From: a virus
Direction: 5' to 3' (one strand)
Virus record (IMG/VR): IMGVR_UViG_3300027917_000024
Location: 1-64,000 of that record
DNA: 64,000 nucleotides
The notes below the pieces were generated by a model. It did no database searches, was not told the origin of the DNA, and saw nothing but the letters and a program-made list of their open reading frames with translations. Positions 47,520-58,155 of this stretch are shown here, one piece after another. The stretch's first letter is position 1, and every line of letters starts with the position of its first letter. The position numbers were made by a program, and so were the translations under genes.

Positions 47520-48627
47520 TTCTAACACACTTGAACAGAACGCCGATAATATCATAAGCCAACTTACAAAAGAATTTGGGGAAGGTACAGCTTTTCGAAG
47601 TGAATCTAATTTTGAGTTTTCTAATAAAGGTGTTATCTCAACTGGCATCCTTAGTCTAGATCGAGCTCTCGGAGTTGGAGGGCTACCAATTGGAAGGATT
47701 ATAGAAGTATTCGGTACGGAGATGTCAGGCAAGAGCAGCTTAGCATTCAAGGCAGCTGGTGAGGCGCAGCGTAAGGGTATTGTTGCTGTATATATCGATC
47801 TGGAACATTCTCTTGATATGGAACTGGCAAGAAATAGTGGTATGGATATTGTGGAGAACTGTGTAATTTCCCAACCGGCATTTGGCGAAGAAGCTATGAA
47901 AACTATTGAGATGATTATCCGTGGGGGCTATAAGGTTTTCGTAGTGGTTGACTCTGTCGCCGCATTATTACCAAAAGTAGAACTTGATACTGGATTTACA
48001 GAGCCTACCCAACTTGGACGGCAAGCCGCACTTATGACAGAGGCACTACGAAAACTTGCTGGTCTTATTTCAAAATCAGATTGTACAGTATTATTTGTAA
48101 ATCAAACCCGCCAGAAGATTGGTAGTTACTTCCCAGGAGCAAAGAGTACTCCTGGTGGTAATGCCTTGAAATTCTACTCATCAATCCGTCTCCAGGTTAG
48201 TAATGTAGGAAAGCTGACACAAGGAACAGATATTGTAGGTCATACTGCCAAAATAAAAGTTGAGAAGAACAAACTAGCAGCACCATTCAAGGAAGTTAAT
48301 GTCGATTTATTTTATGGGAGCGGTTTTTGCGGGATTGCTGATATTCTAAAAATTGCTGAAGCTCATGATATTGTAACTCGCTCTGGTTCCTGGTATGCAT
48401 ACGGCGAAGAAAAATTGGGGCAAGGACTTTTTAGTAGTTTAAAAACTTTGATTACAAATCCAGAATGGTATTTCGAGATACGAGATCAAGTTGCTAATCT
48501 GTTAGGGACCACTTTAACCCATAGGGAAATGTATTATGATAAAACCATAAAAATTGGAGACGAAGTGTGGCAACCAGAAACAATCGATAACAAGGATATT
48601 CCCGATTCTACAGTAAAGGCAGAGTAA
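47485..48627 (+). CDS. recA: RecA recombinase
   Basis: STG..SLD.ALG.GGLP.GRIIE.FG.E.SGKS, VVDSVAALLP, NQ.R, TPGGNALKFYSS.R, KNKLA.PF. Confidence 0.95.
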   Translation: MAKRKKSSSSLDSNTLEQNADNIISQLTKEFGEGTAFRSESNFEFSNKGVISTGILSLDRALGVGGLPIGRIIEVFGTEMSGKSSLAFKAAGEAQRKGIVAVYIDLEHSLDMELARNSGMDIVENCVISQPAFGEEAMKTIEMIIRGGYKVFVVVDSVAALLPKVELDTGFTEPTQLGRQAALMTEALRKLAGLISKSDCTVLFVNQTRQKIGSYFPGAKSTPGGNALKFYSSIRLQVSNVGKLTQGTDIVGHTAKIKVEKNKLAAPFKEVNVDLFYGSGFCGIADILKIAEAHDIVTRSGSWYAYGEEKLGQGLFSSLKTLITNPEWYFEIRDQVANLLGTTLTHREMYYDKTIKIGDEVWQPETIDNKDIPDSTVKAE

Positions 48628-48628
48628 T

Positions 48629-49810
48629 ATGCGAACAGAACATATAGATCTCGGTGACACAAATCAGATCATTCTTTTCTCTGATATACATTTCCACGAG
48701 TACAAACCATTCTCTAAACCTACGACAGATGGGATTGGTTCTAGGTTTCAATGGATCTTACATGCAATGGATCTTATTTTCGAGTATGCCGTAGCAGAGA
48801 AGATAAAACATTTATTCTTTCTCGGCGATCTCTACCATCAGCGTACCCTCATATATAGTGTCGTATTTGACAGGGTAGCAGCTTGTATCGAGAGGGCCAA
48901 AGAATCTGGATTGGAAATACATGCTATATTAGGGAACCATGACTATGTATATAATAATGACAATTCTCCTTCTATCGTAAAGAGAATTCGAGGGTTGGAT
49001 GTTATAGATTCTCCTACTTTGTATCTTTTAAGAGATAGGGACGAGAAGATAGGATGTATGCCCTTCCGATTCAAACTTCCACAACTAAGAGAGGATCTGA
49101 AGGAGCTGCGTGAAGCTATAGAGGATTTGCCACCACACCAAATTGATGCTGACCATTTACTTTTAGGGCATTTTGAGATAGATGGTGCCGCAGTGAATGA
49201 TGAATATGTTCTGAGTGAAGTAATTGATAAAAGCGAATTTGAAGGAACTCACTTTAAGTTTATATTGTCTGGTCATATACACAAACGTCAGGCTCTCGCT
49301 ACTAATAATGGTCAAGTGATTGAATATATTGGTACTCCTTTACAGCACACTTTTACAAATGAAGGATCCCCATACGGTTTTGTTGTTTATGATTTTGAAG
49401 GAGAAGCCAAGTCAAAACACATCGAACTGAGTGATATGGCCGATTTTCCAGAGTTTGTTACCTTGGAATTTCGTTCACAAGACGATGTAAAGGCAGCTAT
49501 TCGTGATAAGAAAAATAGGTTTAACATTGACTATTACAGACTAAGAACTTATGCAGATGATCTCAAATTAGAGAGTATATTCAAAAGGCTTCCTAACTAT
49601 ACTTTTGAACCAATGGGGGTGGAGACTAGCCAGAACACCGAATCTGAGGAGGATGAAGGTGCGCTTAAATTCAACTTAAATATTGGTCATTATTTAAGAT
49701 TATTTGCAGAGCAGGAAGCGGGTACACAAACATTGGATTGGCTTGATATTAATCTGCTTGTGGAATATCTAATGAAAGTAGCAACAAAAGGAAATATATG
49801 TCTAGAGTAA
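48629..49810 (+). CDS. sbcD: SbcD/Mre11-like metallophosphoesterase nuclease
   Basis: SDIH, GDLYH, GNHD, LLGH, SGHIH. Confidence 0.88.
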   Translation: MRTEHIDLGDTNQIILFSDIHFHEYKPFSKPTTDGIGSRFQWILHAMDLIFEYAVAEKIKHLFFLGDLYHQRTLIYSVVFDRVAACIERAKESGLEIHAILGNHDYVYNNDNSPSIVKRIRGLDVIDSPTLYLLRDRDEKIGCMPFRFKLPQLREDLKELREAIEDLPPHQIDADHLLLGHFEIDGAAVNDEYVLSEVIDKSEFEGTHFKFILSGHIHKRQALATNNGQVIEYIGTPLQHTFTNEGSPYGFVVYDFEGEAKSKHIELSDMADFPEFVTLEFRSQDDVKAAIRDKKNRFNIDYYRLRTYADDLKLESIFKRLPNYTFEPMGVETSQNTESEEDEGALKFNLNIGHYLRLFAEQEAGTQTLDWLDINLLVEYLMKVATKGNICLE

Positions 49811-51813
49811 ATTTCAAGTTACTGACAATAAGTGGATTTTCATGTATTGAAAAAGAAGCTAGTATTCCACTCGACGGGGTTGGTCTCTGCTGCATTGAAG
49901 GCCGAGTATTAGATAAGGGATTTATAGATGCCTTCGAAACGGATCAAGTATTTAGAAGTAATGGTGCTGGGAAGAGCTCAATTGTGGAGGCATTTTACTT
50001 CACACTTACTGGAGAGTTTTTCGATTCTGACACTACACTCGCTTCTGTTATTAATCGTTTCTCAAAAGCACCGACCAAACTGTCTATTGAAGGAGATGTG
50101 GATGGTAAGAAATTTAAAGTTTTCCGGTCACTGGATAGTAAATCAAGGCGTCCTGGCAGTAAAGTAGCCCACCGTCTATTCTTTACTTTTGATGGTGAGA
50201 ATATCCACGAGCAAACAAATTCCCTCCCACAAACACAGGAACGTATCAATGAACTTCTCGGCATAACACCACTCTTACTACTCAATAGTAAGATCTTTGG
50301 CCAAGGCGATATAAGCAGTTTCACCAATGTCAATGACCGGCAGAAAAAAGTAATCATAGATAATCTTGTTGGAATAGGTACCTGCGATAAGTTCTGCAAA
50401 GCCTCAAAAGCACTACTATCAGAAGCATCCACAGAAATAGCAACACTAAAGATACAAATCATGAGTAAGAAAGAATCACAGCAACAAGCAGAGGATGAAT
50501 TGATAGAGATACGCTTGAAAGAAACTACTTGGAAGAGAGAAAAGACAGCCAAATTAATAGAAATAGCAAGAAATATAGAAGAGCTTGAAAATGAAATACA
50601 GTTCCTTGAAGATTCAATTAACGAATGTAAGCTATCCAAATCGAAACTTGGTATTCCCGCAGATCAGCAAAATGAGATCAGGAAAAAATTAGAAGAAGTC
50701 AACCTTTTATTGTCTACTACTGAAGGAAGTTTGAAAGAAGAGCAGATAAAATATAACCAGCTAGAGGCAAAATCAAGTTTTCAAATGGGACTCAAAAAGA
50801 GTGTGGAAGACAAGATGATAAAGCTCTCGGATCTCTACCAGAAGGAAGGATCCAAGTGTCCTACCTGTTATCAAGAATTGACAGTCGATGGTTTGAAGAC
50901 TGTGTATAATGAACTAGAGCAAGAACGGAATGATATTAAGAGTGCAGTGGAAGGATTTGCTGTTGAGATCGGGAAATCTACACAGGCCTGTAAGAAATGG
51001 GAAGCAACAAAAGAGGAAATAGATCGAGTAAGAAACAGCTTGAAGGGCCAGATGGGGGCACTAGAACATGTTGTAAAAAAGATAGAGAAAGCTGAATCTG
51101 ATATAGCCCGTTTCGAAGAACTAATCAAAGCAAGTGGAAAGAGAAAAACACTACTTAACAGTAATCTGCGAACTATAGAAAATGAACAATCCCCATATCT
51201 TACATTCCACAAGGGCAAGGAGACAAAGCTTGAAGACATGAAAAAGGAGATTGAAGAGAAAGAAAAGGAGATAGAAAGACTAGAAAAGGATCAACAATAC
51301 TTTAACTTCCTTGTCCGAGCTTTCGATAAGGGAGGTATACCACAACTGATCTCTAATGATGTACTTAAGATTCTAAATAAGATTTTAGAGAAATATAAAA
51401 ACAAGATCTTAGGTCGTAACTTCAATGCTGAATACCAAATGCGAGAAAAAAGAGGTACGGAAGAGATAAGCCTTAACCTTGAAAATCCAACAGGTGGTGA
51501 GGGATATTCAAGGCAATCAAAGGGGGAGAAAAGAAAGATCGATCTGTGTCAAATGTTCACTATATCAGACTTCGCAAAAATGCAGAACAAATGCAACTTA
51601 AATGTTATTTGGTTCGATGAGATATTTTCTGAACTTGATCCTCACAGCTGCGAATCAGTACTAGACATTATCAAAGATTATCCAGCCCAATCTAAATTTA
51701 TCATCACACATAAGGACCTGTTTAAAGACGAATTTAAAAATCGAATCTATGTTGAAAAAAATGGGAACTCATCGACTGTCAGAGTGAATTACGTTACGGG
51801 AGAGGCAGGATGA
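49798..51813 (+). CDS. sbcC: SbcC/Rad50-like ATPase
   Basis: NGAGKSS, Q-loop FGQG, coiled coil with CPTC hook, SKGEKRK signature, FDE. Confidence 0.9.
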   Translation: MSRVNFKLLTISGFSCIEKEASIPLDGVGLCCIEGRVLDKGFIDAFETDQVFRSNGAGKSSIVEAFYFTLTGEFFDSDTTLASVINRFSKAPTKLSIEGDVDGKKFKVFRSLDSKSRRPGSKVAHRLFFTFDGENIHEQTNSLPQTQERINELLGITPLLLLNSKIFGQGDISSFTNVNDRQKKVIIDNLVGIGTCDKFCKASKALLSEASTEIATLKIQIMSKKESQQQAEDELIEIRLKETTWKREKTAKLIEIARNIEELENEIQFLEDSINECKLSKSKLGIPADQQNEIRKKLEEVNLLLSTTEGSLKEEQIKYNQLEAKSSFQMGLKKSVEDKMIKLSDLYQKEGSKCPTCYQELTVDGLKTVYNELEQERNDIKSAVEGFAVEIGKSTQACKKWEATKEEIDRVRNSLKGQMGALEHVVKKIEKAESDIARFEELIKASGKRKTLLNSNLRTIENEQSPYLTFHKGKETKLEDMKKEIEEKEKEIERLEKDQQYFNFLVRAFDKGGIPQLISNDVLKILNKILEKYKNKILGRNFNAEYQMREKRGTEEISLNLENPTGGEGYSRQSKGEKRKIDLCQMFTISDFAKMQNKCNLNVIWFDEIFSELDPHSCESVLDIIKDYPAQSKFIITHKDLFKDEFKNRIYVEKNGNSSTVRVNYVTGEAG

Positions 51814-52403
51814 TAAAACAGCTATTGCCAGAAATCGCTTTACCGAACTATAATCTTAACTTTGAATTTGAAAAACGAGAACAGAACGAAAAGGTAAATT
51901 ATGTAAATAGTTTTGGCGAGCTCTCTTTAAAAGACTACCGGATTACCATCATGAAAATGGGAGGAGAGTTCGATAAGTACTTGTATGCAACTTTTGTTTG
52001 TTATTCTATAGCAAATGCCTACGATGTAAATCTCTCCAAGCACAAAGCCTACGCATTAGGATTATTCACTTATCACATTCTAACGTATAACAGCTTCGTA
52101 AAATTATTCAAACAGTTTACAAAAAGGAGTGTATTTACTCCATTTAAAGTGGCAGTTCCATCTTTTAATTTAGAAGTTGAGCCTCATACAGAAGATGACG
52201 CACCACTAGGAATAATCAACGTCCCAAAGCAGCGTATACAAATTTATTCTGAGTGTGTACCAAAGCTCAAGAACGTAATACTTATACATGAATTATTTGA
52301 ATGGGCAAACACGATGTATAACCTAAGTCTGAAACATATTGAAATACAAAGCTTATCTGAAGGACTGGTCTACGTCTTAAACAATAATAATTTTACAACA
52401 TGA
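51810..52403 (+). CDS. protein with a duplicated metallopeptidase-like domain
   Basis: LIHELFE in the second half; the first half aligns but lacks HE. Confidence 0.4.
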   Translation: MIKQLLPEIALPNYNLNFEFEKREQNEKVNYVNSFGELSLKDYRITIMKMGGEFDKYLYATFVCYSIANAYDVNLSKHKAYALGLFTYHILTYNSFVKLFKQFTKRSVFTPFKVAVPSFNLEVEPHTEDDAPLGIINVPKQRIQIYSECVPKLKNVILIHELFEWANTMYNLSLKHIEIQSLSEGLVYVLNNNNFTT

Positions 52404-52404
52404 T

Positions 52405-52977
52405 ATGAAAATTGGATTCGACTTAGATGGATGTGTAATACAACTAATGCCAACAATGTTGGGCATACTGAAGAAAAAGTACGGCCTGTCTTACACAGAA
52501 CAAGATGTTACATGTTGGAAGCTTGAGGACTGTTTAGGTATTACAGAACAGATGACAAGATCCATTGTTAACGAATCACTTGGTGCATGGAAAAGTTGGA
52601 AGCCATATGAGGGAGCTATCGAATTTATCAATGAATATCATAGGAGGTCAGGAGGAATAGTAACATTCATTACTGGGCGACAGCCCGAATTTCGAATAGC
52701 CACATATGAATGGTTGGATTGGTGGCTCCCTCATATCCCTTATGAACTAATTCTGACAGGTAAAGCTAACAAAGGAGAATTAGCGAGACAACTTCGTATT
52801 CATATGTTTATAGAAGATTATTTCGACGGTGTCCTAGATCTTGCCAATAATGGAATATTTGTACTTATGCCAGCCAGACCTTGGAACAGAGACGTAAATC
52901 TTTTCAATGTAATTACTTTTAATGAGTGGAAAGATATCATGTGTGTTCTAGATTTCTATGGGGGAAATAATGAGTAG
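52405..52977 (+). CDS. HAD-family 5'(3')-deoxyribonucleotidase-like protein
   Basis: IGFDLDG, ITGR, FIEDY, RPWN. Confidence 0.85.
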   Translation: MKIGFDLDGCVIQLMPTMLGILKKKYGLSYTEQDVTCWKLEDCLGITEQMTRSIVNESLGAWKSWKPYEGAIEFINEYHRRSGGIVTFITGRQPEFRIATYEWLDWWLPHIPYELILTGKANKGELARQLRIHMFIEDYFDGVLDLANNGIFVLMPARPWNRDVNLFNVITFNEWKDIMCVLDFYGGNNE

Positions 52978-53461
52978 AAAACCTTTCTCCTCCTACGACC
53001 ATAAAACAAATGATCCAATAACAAAAAGGATAGCGGTTAGATTCTTAGAGCAAGGTGGGGAATTTGAACTCCAATGTCCATTAGATGATCAACCAGAACG
53101 ATTTGGAGACTGGGACTTCTTTATCTTTTCTCAGGCATTAAATAGAAATATGTTTGTAGAAGTTCAACGAAAACACGGATGGAAGGATTATGGTAAATGG
53201 CAGCACAACTTTCGGACTGTACATGTAGAAGAAAGAAAACATAAGAGTCGTGCAGAATTATTTATAATGTTTAACTATCACTGTAACACTCTTCTTATAG
53301 GAAGTATGAAAAAAATTATAGAAGCTAAAGTCATAAAAAAAGATTGCAGACTTTCAGATGGGAGTATACTTGAAGATGATCACTTCTACGAACTGCCTCC
53401 AGAAAGTTTTGATTTCTATAAGTTGGATGGTTACGGAGTATGGAGGACTACAAAACCGTGA
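52958..53461 (+). CDS. hypothetical protein, possible PD-(D/E)xK fold
   Basis: DWDF...FVEVQRK. Confidence 0.45.
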   Translation: MGEIMSRKPFSSYDHKTNDPITKRIAVRFLEQGGEFELQCPLDDQPERFGDWDFFIFSQALNRNMFVEVQRKHGWKDYGKWQHNFRTVHVEERKHKSRAELFIMFNYHCNTLLIGSMKKIIEAKVIKKDCRLSDGSILEDDHFYELPPESFDFYKLDGYGVWRTTKP

Positions 53462-53952
53462 GTGGACTTTATTATATAGGTGTAGATCCAGGTATGAGGG
53501 AAGCAGGAGTTGGTGTAATTGACTATGAAGGTAGATTTGTGAAGGGCGAAAGGCTTTCTAACTGGGCTCCTTATCAATTCAAGGAGCTTATTCTTCGTAT
53601 AGTAGATGATAATACCAAGCTTATACATCTTGTTGCAATAGAAAAAGTAGGTGCAATGCCAAAACAAGGAATAGCTAGCACGTCTAAATTCATGAAAGCT
53701 ACAGGTATTATGATCGGGGTACTGGTAGGATTAGAAATTCCATTTGTCGAGGTAGCTCCGCAAACATGGAGGAAGATATCACCAGTACTAGCATCGAAAA
53801 AGGGAGAAACACCAACTGAGAAGAAAAGAAAATCACTTGAGTATATACAAAATAGATACCCTGAAGCCAGACTAATCAAGCAGGTAGAACATAATGTAGC
53901 CGATGCATTATGTATAGCTGAGTGGCTTTACATCAATAGAGGCAAAGTATGA
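53440..53952 (+). CDS. RuvC-like Holliday junction resolvase
   Basis: IGVDPG, AIEKV, V.PQTWRK, NVADALCIA. Confidence 0.85.
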   Translation: MEDYKTVSGLYYIGVDPGMREAGVGVIDYEGRFVKGERLSNWAPYQFKELILRIVDDNTKLIHLVAIEKVGAMPKQGIASTSKFMKATGIMIGVLVGLEIPFVEVAPQTWRKISPVLASKKGETPTEKKRKSLEYIQNRYPEARLIKQVEHNVADALCIAEWLYINRGKV

Positions 53953-54114
53953 CACCTGATAAAGTAGAAAATGCTTTAGACCCAATCAAGAAAGAATGGG
54001 AAAAATTTGTACTTTCAGGCCAGAGTATAACCATTGGGTCTGGACAGAACTGTATATGTATTCCTGCATGGGCTATTCAATTTCTAGCACAGGTGATGGA
54101 GTGGAAACCCTTCG

Positions 54115-54819
54115 ATGACAGAGATTCCTAAGTCCGAGCTCCCTTCTCACATTACCGACCAGCACTTCTCCGACAAACAGGCCGCTACAGATGAGGAGTT
54201 CTGGGATAATCAAGCTACACTTCCTGGGTATCAGCCGGTAGTGGTAGATGATGATAACCATACCAGTACAAGAATGCTTTATAACTATCTTTCAACCCAG
54301 ATAAACTTTAGGGACAAGATCATTTTAGATGTGGGCTGTGGTGTAGGAAGAATACTGCCTATCTATATTGAGTTTGGTGCAAGAGAAATTCATGGTATTG
54401 ACATCTCACATAGCATGTTAAAGATTGCCAGATTCAAGCATCCGCATCCTCATGTAATGTTATATAAGATGAACAGTAACAATATGTATGGATTCTCAGA
54501 TAACTTCTTTGATCTTACTATGTGTATAACCACTTTAGCACATATAGGAAACGATGATGACTTAAGCCAGACAGTGCATGAAATAGTACGGGTGACCAAA
54601 CCAGATGGATATATAGTAGTAATCGAGCCCATGTCCTTCAATTTAGTTATGAACTACCCGCACTCTAGGATGACTATGCGCCCAAGTCAGGGTTATCTAC
54701 ACTTATTCAAAGACGGAACAACAAATGTACATAGCAGCCGTGAATGTTTTGGTAGCCCTGATCACCAAGATGCGTGGCGAAATGTGATGATATTCAGAAA
54801 GAACACAGATGCTGCATGA
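54115..54819 (+). CDS. class I SAM-dependent methyltransferase
   Basis: ILDVGCGVGR, GIDIS.SML, FDL, RVTKPDG. Confidence 0.88.
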   Translation: MTEIPKSELPSHITDQHFSDKQAATDEEFWDNQATLPGYQPVVVDDDNHTSTRMLYNYLSTQINFRDKIILDVGCGVGRILPIYIEFGAREIHGIDISHSMLKIARFKHPHPHVMLYKMNSNNMYGFSDNFFDLTMCITTLAHIGNDDDLSQTVHEIVRVTKPDGYIVVIEPMSFNLVMNYPHSRMTMRPSQGYLHLFKDGTTNVHSSRECFGSPDHQDAWRNVMIFRKNTDAA

Positions 54820-55390
54820 ACCTAGGGGGCAACTAGGAAAGAAAGCGTTACAAAAAAAAAGAGATAAGATACTAGTACGACAGAGAAAGTACAGAGAAGA
54901 AAATAAAGATAAGATACTAGTACGACAGAGAAAGTACTATGAAGAAAATAAAGATGAGATACTAGTACGACAGAGGAAGCGCTATGAAAGGAAGTATAAA
55001 ACTAGCCCAGCATATAGACTCAATTGTAGTATGCGAAGTAATATGTACCAGTCTCTAAAAAAGGGAGGAGGTAAAAGAAACAACCACTGGGAAGATCTCG
55101 TGCCTTATACGCTTGAAGAATTACAACGACACCTAGAATCTAAATTTGATTCCTATATGACTTGGGAAAATTATGGGAGTTACTGGCATGTGGATCATAT
55201 AATTCCATTAGCTAGTTTTACTTTCGAATCTGCTGATGATCCTCAATTTCAATTAGCTTGGGCACTTTCTAATCTACAACCCCTAGAAAGTTCTGAAAAT
55301 ATAGGTAAGGGTGATAGATTTGATCATCCATCTAATAAAAAATTTAAACCTATTCCGAAGGTACTAATTAACAATGATCTACGAACCTAG
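54809..55390 (+). CDS. free-standing HNH endonuclease
   Basis: MTWENYGSYWHVDHIIP...NLQPL...N..KG; N-terminal 45-bp tandem repeats (54871, 54916, 54961). Confidence 0.8.
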   Translation: MLHEPRGQLGKKALQKKRDKILVRQRKYREENKDKILVRQRKYYEENKDEILVRQRKRYERKYKTSPAYRLNCSMRSNMYQSLKKGGGKRNNHWEDLVPYTLEELQRHLESKFDSYMTWENYGSYWHVDHIIPLASFTFESADDPQFQLAWALSNLQPLESSENIGKGDRFDHPSNKKFKPIPKVLINNDLRT

Positions 55391-56408
55391 GGGGCTGCAT
55401 GGCAAAGACAAGAAGGTTATTATCCTCATGCTCGAAGGTGGTATTGGAGATCATCTTCTAGCTACACCTCTTCTTCGTGGCCTCAGAAAAAAGTATCCCA
55501 CCGATCAATGGTATCTCATAATGATTGCGATGTACCATGAAGTCTTTGGTTACGAGGATCCCAAAACTAAAGACGGCAATACTTTGATATGCATGAATCC
55601 GTATATCGATAAGCTCTATTCCATGCGACTACCCTCTCGCTTCTATATGGAATGGGCTCGAAATGCAGATGTAATATATCGGTTAAATCCATATATACTA
55701 TCTCCGCAAAGACTAGGCTCTAACCACTTTGCTGAAACATGGTGTACTATTCATGAAGTTAAAATGGACGCTCTTGTATTGGACTATTATATTACTGAGC
55801 ATGAAGACTTAATGGCAAGAAGACTCTATGAAATGCTCGTAAATCCAGTTATTGTAATCCAACCTTTCGGTGCATATGACCCTATCGACCACATCAAAGC
55901 CACCGAGAATAAAGACTGGTGCGATGACAGGTGGGAGTTTATTATTCAACTTCTCTTGAACAGGGGCTACGATATTATTCAGGTGGGAAAGATAGGAGAG
56001 CGAGTATTTAATGGTGTTCTTTCTTTTGTAGGCCATGCAAACATAAGGGAGACGGCAGCTATTATGAAGTATGCCGAGTACTTCATCAGCATTGATTCTT
56101 TTGTAATGCATATGGCCAAAGCACTAAATAAAATTGGTATTGTATTGTGGGGAAGAACTAATCCCTTCAGAGTTGGTTATATGGAGAACTATAATATTTT
56201 CAAGCTGCATTCGTGTCCTGAGATCTTCTGTGGCCGACCAGAAGGAGCGCTCTTCGATATGGCCTTCGATCAGCCCTACTTTACCCCGTGGCAGTGTCCT
56301 CATAGAGACTGCATGAAGGCAATTACAGTAGCAGATGTAGCTAAAGGGATAGGCTTTATGGAACAAAGACTACAGCTGGATCCTGTTACATATGAGAGGA
56401 AGATGTAA
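55374..56408 (+). CDS. glycosyltransferase family 9 (heptosyltransferase-like)
   Basis: GGIGDHLLATP.LR.L, IQP, KDW...W, IQVG, SIDSF.MH.A.A. Confidence 0.85.
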   Translation: MIYEPRGLHGKDKKVIILMLEGGIGDHLLATPLLRGLRKKYPTDQWYLIMIAMYHEVFGYEDPKTKDGNTLICMNPYIDKLYSMRLPSRFYMEWARNADVIYRLNPYILSPQRLGSNHFAETWCTIHEVKMDALVLDYYITEHEDLMARRLYEMLVNPVIVIQPFGAYDPIDHIKATENKDWCDDRWEFIIQLLLNRGYDIIQVGKIGERVFNGVLSFVGHANIRETAAIMKYAEYFISIDSFVMHMAKALNKIGIVLWGRTNPFRVGYMENYNIFKLHSCPEIFCGRPEGALFDMAFDQPYFTPWQCPHRDCMKAITVADVAKGIGFMEQRLQLDPVTYERKM

Positions 56409-57649
56409 TGGCAGTTCCTAAGAAATACAAAGGGAGGGAAAAAGAATACTATAGAAAGTATTATAAGGAGAACAGGAATAGAATATTAGAACTACAGAGA
56501 AAGAATAGAGAAAAAAATAGGGATAAGATTAGAGATAGACAAAGGAAATACTACAAAAAAAATAAAGATAAGGTGCTCGAAACAAATAAAAGATCTAGGG
56601 AGAAAAGTATAGATAAAAGACTTGAATATGAAAAGAAGTATAGGGAGGAAAACAAAGATAGAATACAAGAATATAAAAAGGAATATGCCAAGAAAAATAA
56701 AGACAGACTGCAAGAATATAAAAAGGAATACTATAAGAAGAACAAAGATACGATAGCAGCCAAGAAGAAAAAGCACAGAGAAAAAAATAAGGATAAGATA
56801 GCAGAAAGTAGTAAGAGATACAGGGAAGAAAATAGGGACGAGATATTAAAGAGGCAAAAACAGTGTAGAGAGAAAAATAGGGATAAAATACTAAAGAGAC
56901 AAAAGGAATATACCGAGAAAAATAAGGACAAAATAAAGGAGTCTCAAAAGAAGTATAGACACCAAAATAAAGCAAAAATAGTAGCTCGACAAAAACAATA
57001 TAGAGAAGAGAACCGGGAGAAAATAAAAGCCGGACGAAAGAGATACTACGAAAAAGAAGAGAACCAGGAGAAAATAAAAGCCGGACGAAAGAGATATTAC
57101 GAAGAGAATAAAGAAAAAATGGCGACTCAACATAAACAGTACTATGAAGAGAACAAAGGCACAATAGCAAAAAAGGCAAAGAAATTTAGAGAAGAAAACA
57201 AGGAGAAAATATCAGAAGGGCAAAGGAAATATTATAAAAAGAATCAGAATGACCCAATGTTTAAGTTGAATGGGGCAATGCGACAAGGAATATATCAGGC
57301 ACTAAAAAGAAATGGAGGAAGTAAAAACGGACGACATTGGGAAGATCTTGTGCCTTATACTCTTGAAGAATTACAACAGCACCTAGAATCTAAATTTGAT
57401 GAAAATATGACTTGGGAAAATTATGGGAGTTATTGGCATCTAGATCATATAATTCCACTAGCCAGTTTTACTTTTCAATCTGCAGACGACCCACAATTTA
57501 AATTAGCTTGGACACTTTCTAATCTACAACCTCTAGAAAGTTCTGAAAATATAGGTAAGGGAAATAGATTTGATCACCCATCCAATAAAAAATTTAAACC
57601 TATTCCAAAAGCTGAAGTGAGCCCCAAAAATTTAGATTGCCTCATCTGA
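56408..57649 (+). CDS. free-standing HNH endonuclease with a long K/R/E/Y repeat N-terminus
   Basis: many approximately 15-aa NKDKI-type repeats; C-terminal HNH domain nearly identical to that of 54809-55390. Confidence 0.8.
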   Translation: MAVPKKYKGREKEYYRKYYKENRNRILELQRKNREKNRDKIRDRQRKYYKKNKDKVLETNKRSREKSIDKRLEYEKKYREENKDRIQEYKKEYAKKNKDRLQEYKKEYYKKNKDTIAAKKKKHREKNKDKIAESSKRYREENRDEILKRQKQCREKNRDKILKRQKEYTEKNKDKIKESQKKYRHQNKAKIVARQKQYREENREKIKAGRKRYYEKEENQEKIKAGRKRYYEENKEKMATQHKQYYEENKGTIAKKAKKFREENKEKISEGQRKYYKKNQNDPMFKLNGAMRQGIYQALKRNGGSKNGRHWEDLVPYTLEELQQHLESKFDENMTWENYGSYWHLDHIIPLASFTFQSADDPQFKLAWTLSNLQPLESSENIGKGNRFDHPSNKKFKPIPKAEVSPKNLDCLI

Positions 57650-58155
57650 TAGTCTACGCCAAGAAGTGCCATAATCTGAGGTACAAGTTAAGAAGTAGAT
57701 TTAGTGGTAGGTTTAGGCCTGTACACTCCGGTTATGTATGGCTTTAGTCGCTTTAGTGGCAGTACTTCTGTTCCAAATCCCATACCATGAATAACCCGCC
57801 CATCTCCTATGTACATCCCAAAATGATAGGCTGTTTTCAAAGTAAAGTTAGATATCATTACTATATCTCCATACTGAATATTTTCTATCTTAACTTGATT
57901 AGCTAATTCGGATTTGTCATATTCAAGAATTGCATCGGCTATTTCCTTCTCGCTCTTTAAATCATACTCTGGATCAGGAAAATCATAGTCATGTACTCTT
58001 TTTATTAGATCTATCATCAGTCCCCAACAATCAAACCCTTCTTCTCTTGATCTTCCTCTTTTTGTATAAGGCAATCCAATATAAGTTTCTATATCATCAA
58101 CTTTTCTTGCCATTAAATTGCCTCATCTGATAGTCTACGCCAAGAAGTACCATTA
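57632..58155. repeat. about 43-bp direct repeat flanking the NlpC/P60 gene (57632-57674, 58113-58155)
   Basis: tta[g/a]attgcctcatctgatagtctacgccaagaagt[g/a]ccat[a/t]at. Confidence 0.85.
57688..58113 (-). CDS. NlpC/P60 family tail-associated protein
   Basis: YIGLPY...G.....GFDCWGL, GDIV, HFGMYIGDGRVIH. Confidence 0.9.
   Translation of the reverse strand: MARKVDDIETYIGLPYTKRGRSREEGFDCWGLMIDLIKRVHDYDFPDPEYDLKSEKEIADAILEYDKSELANQVKIENIQYGDIVMISNFTLKTAYHFGMYIGDGRVIHGMGFGTEVLPLKRLKPYITGVYRPKPTTKSTS

Noticed and set aside
56492-57179. Hydrophobic minus-strand ORFs
   Set aside because: Antisense shadows of the A-rich repeats in the HNH gene.
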